DNA from: Amoebidium appalachense
Taxonomy: Eukaryota; Protista; Ichthyosporea
Length of the DNA: 64,000 nt
Direction of reading: 5' to 3'
Assembly: GCA_963693365.1 (NCBI GenBank)
Contig: CAVNZM010000015.1
Coordinates: forward strand, 5,462,124 to 5,526,123
The notes beneath the pieces are model-generated. The model was not told where the DNA came from. It saw only the letters and a program-made list of their open reading frames with translations, and ran no database searches. This document shows, in pieces, positions 62,833-64,000 of the stretch; the first letter of the stretch is position 1, and every line of letters begins with the position of its first letter. The translations under genes and the position numbers were made by a program.

Positions 62833-64000
62833 GGGTGGGGTGGGGTGTGTATGTGATGTGGGTGGTGGTGGAGTGTGTGTGTGTGATGTGTGGGTGGGTG
62901 GTGTGTGTGTGTTTGGTGTATGTGTGGGTGTGTGTGTGGGTGTAGGTGTGTCTGCAACCGTCGTATGTTGTTGTTGTGGTGTGTTTCTACGTGTCTGTGC
63001 CTTCCCCCCCCCTTCCCCCTTTACTCGTGTGTGTCCCCCCCCCTCCCAGAAACAATGGCACAGAAACCCCCTCCGGTGTGGTTAGAACAAACACCGGGTT
63101 GGGACAAGAAACACTGAGACCATCCACTTGTGGCTGGGGAACCTCCCCTAACCACAAAACATTCACACCATTCATACCTTTGGTAGAGTCACCCCACAAA
63201 CATTCATGCCATACCACCTCGACGCTGTCTTGAGGACCCACGACGATGCCCGGCTCCCACACGTATCGGGGCGGTGAGGGGGCAAAGGGAAGCTTAACCT
63301 GGGGTGGGGGAGGGTGAAGGCCTAAAGGCGGGGCCCTTTGTCTGTCTTATGGCTAGAGCCCACTGCTCACGCACATGGCTACACTGGCACGTGGTTATGT
63401 TTTGTGCTACTGTTTATGGGAGGTGTGTGGAAGCGTGTTTGTGGAAGCGTGTGATAAGAGTGCTGGGCATAGTATAACCACATATTTGTGTGTGCTGTGT
63501 ATGTTCTCATGCGCGTCAAGAGGTTAAAATGTACGTGTTTGTGTTATGTGTGGCACCTAGTAAACATGCAGATAGGCAAAGAAGCAGAAGCAAGAGCGAG
63601 CAATTATTAGTTAGTTTTTAGCCTTACTTGGAACGTTTATTCAGCTATCTAGGAAAGGCTAGCCGCGTGAGTGTGCGCAATACACTCTATCAACGTGGCT
63701 GGATAAGTGTCATCTTCACTTAATTCTCAGCAAGACTTAGAAGTTGAGTTTGGTATTTATTTATTAGTTGTTGTAGTTTGTTTCCTTTTCCTTTCTTCAT
63801 TTCTTTCTTTCTTTTCCGTTTCCGTGTACACGACATCTTAGATCTGTGTACGTATCGACATACTTAGCTCGCGCACACGTATTGTCGTTTGCGTCAAAAT
63901 CTATATATGTCATCCAATCATATCTCGTTTGTATTTTCCCAAATATAGTAGGGGTTTACGCTGTTTACTCGAGGCAAAGAGAACCAGTCTCAGGTATGGG

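Overview
This is eukaryotic nuclear DNA. The genes are intron-rich with GT-AG splice sites, and the introns are packed with (CA)n/(GT)n microsatellites and long G/C homopolymers, so most supplied ORFs are repeat artefacts. The organism cannot be named from sequence alone. Manual exon assembly gives these genes: a single-C2H2 zinc-finger protein (2193-3868 +); a 21-exon USP20/USP33-type deubiquitinase (5819-22671 -); a TMEM70/TMEM186-like mitochondrial membrane protein (23483-25014 -), head-to-head with an 18-exon GNL3/Nug1 nucleolar GTPase (25426-37705 +); an uncharacterised multi-exon gene (~43690-50701 -), head-to-head with an 11-exon METTL15/RsmH methyltransferase (51083-60111 +); an intronless TM + coiled-coil orphan ORF in two inverted copies (41105-41542 +, 60681-61064 -); and a Ty3/gypsy-like protease fragment (61870-62832 -). 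The strongest finding is in the GNL3 introns. Intron 8 holds eight near-identical copies of a ~130-nt box H/ACA snoRNA separated by divergent spacers, and each full copy is preceded by a G-rich tract. Its 3' pocket fits the LSU rRNA site equivalent to yeast U2349/U2351. Introns 10 and 13 each hold a copy of a long box C/D snoRNA whose D' guide fits the site equivalent to yeast A2280. Other observations: acceptors preceded by (CA)n or Cn instead of U-rich tracts, minisatellites containing splice-site copies, a host-sense-oriented intronic repeat family, several MITE-like foldbacks and a composite inverted duplication. All alignments, folds and rRNA matches were done by eye against remembered consensus sequences and need computational confirmation.
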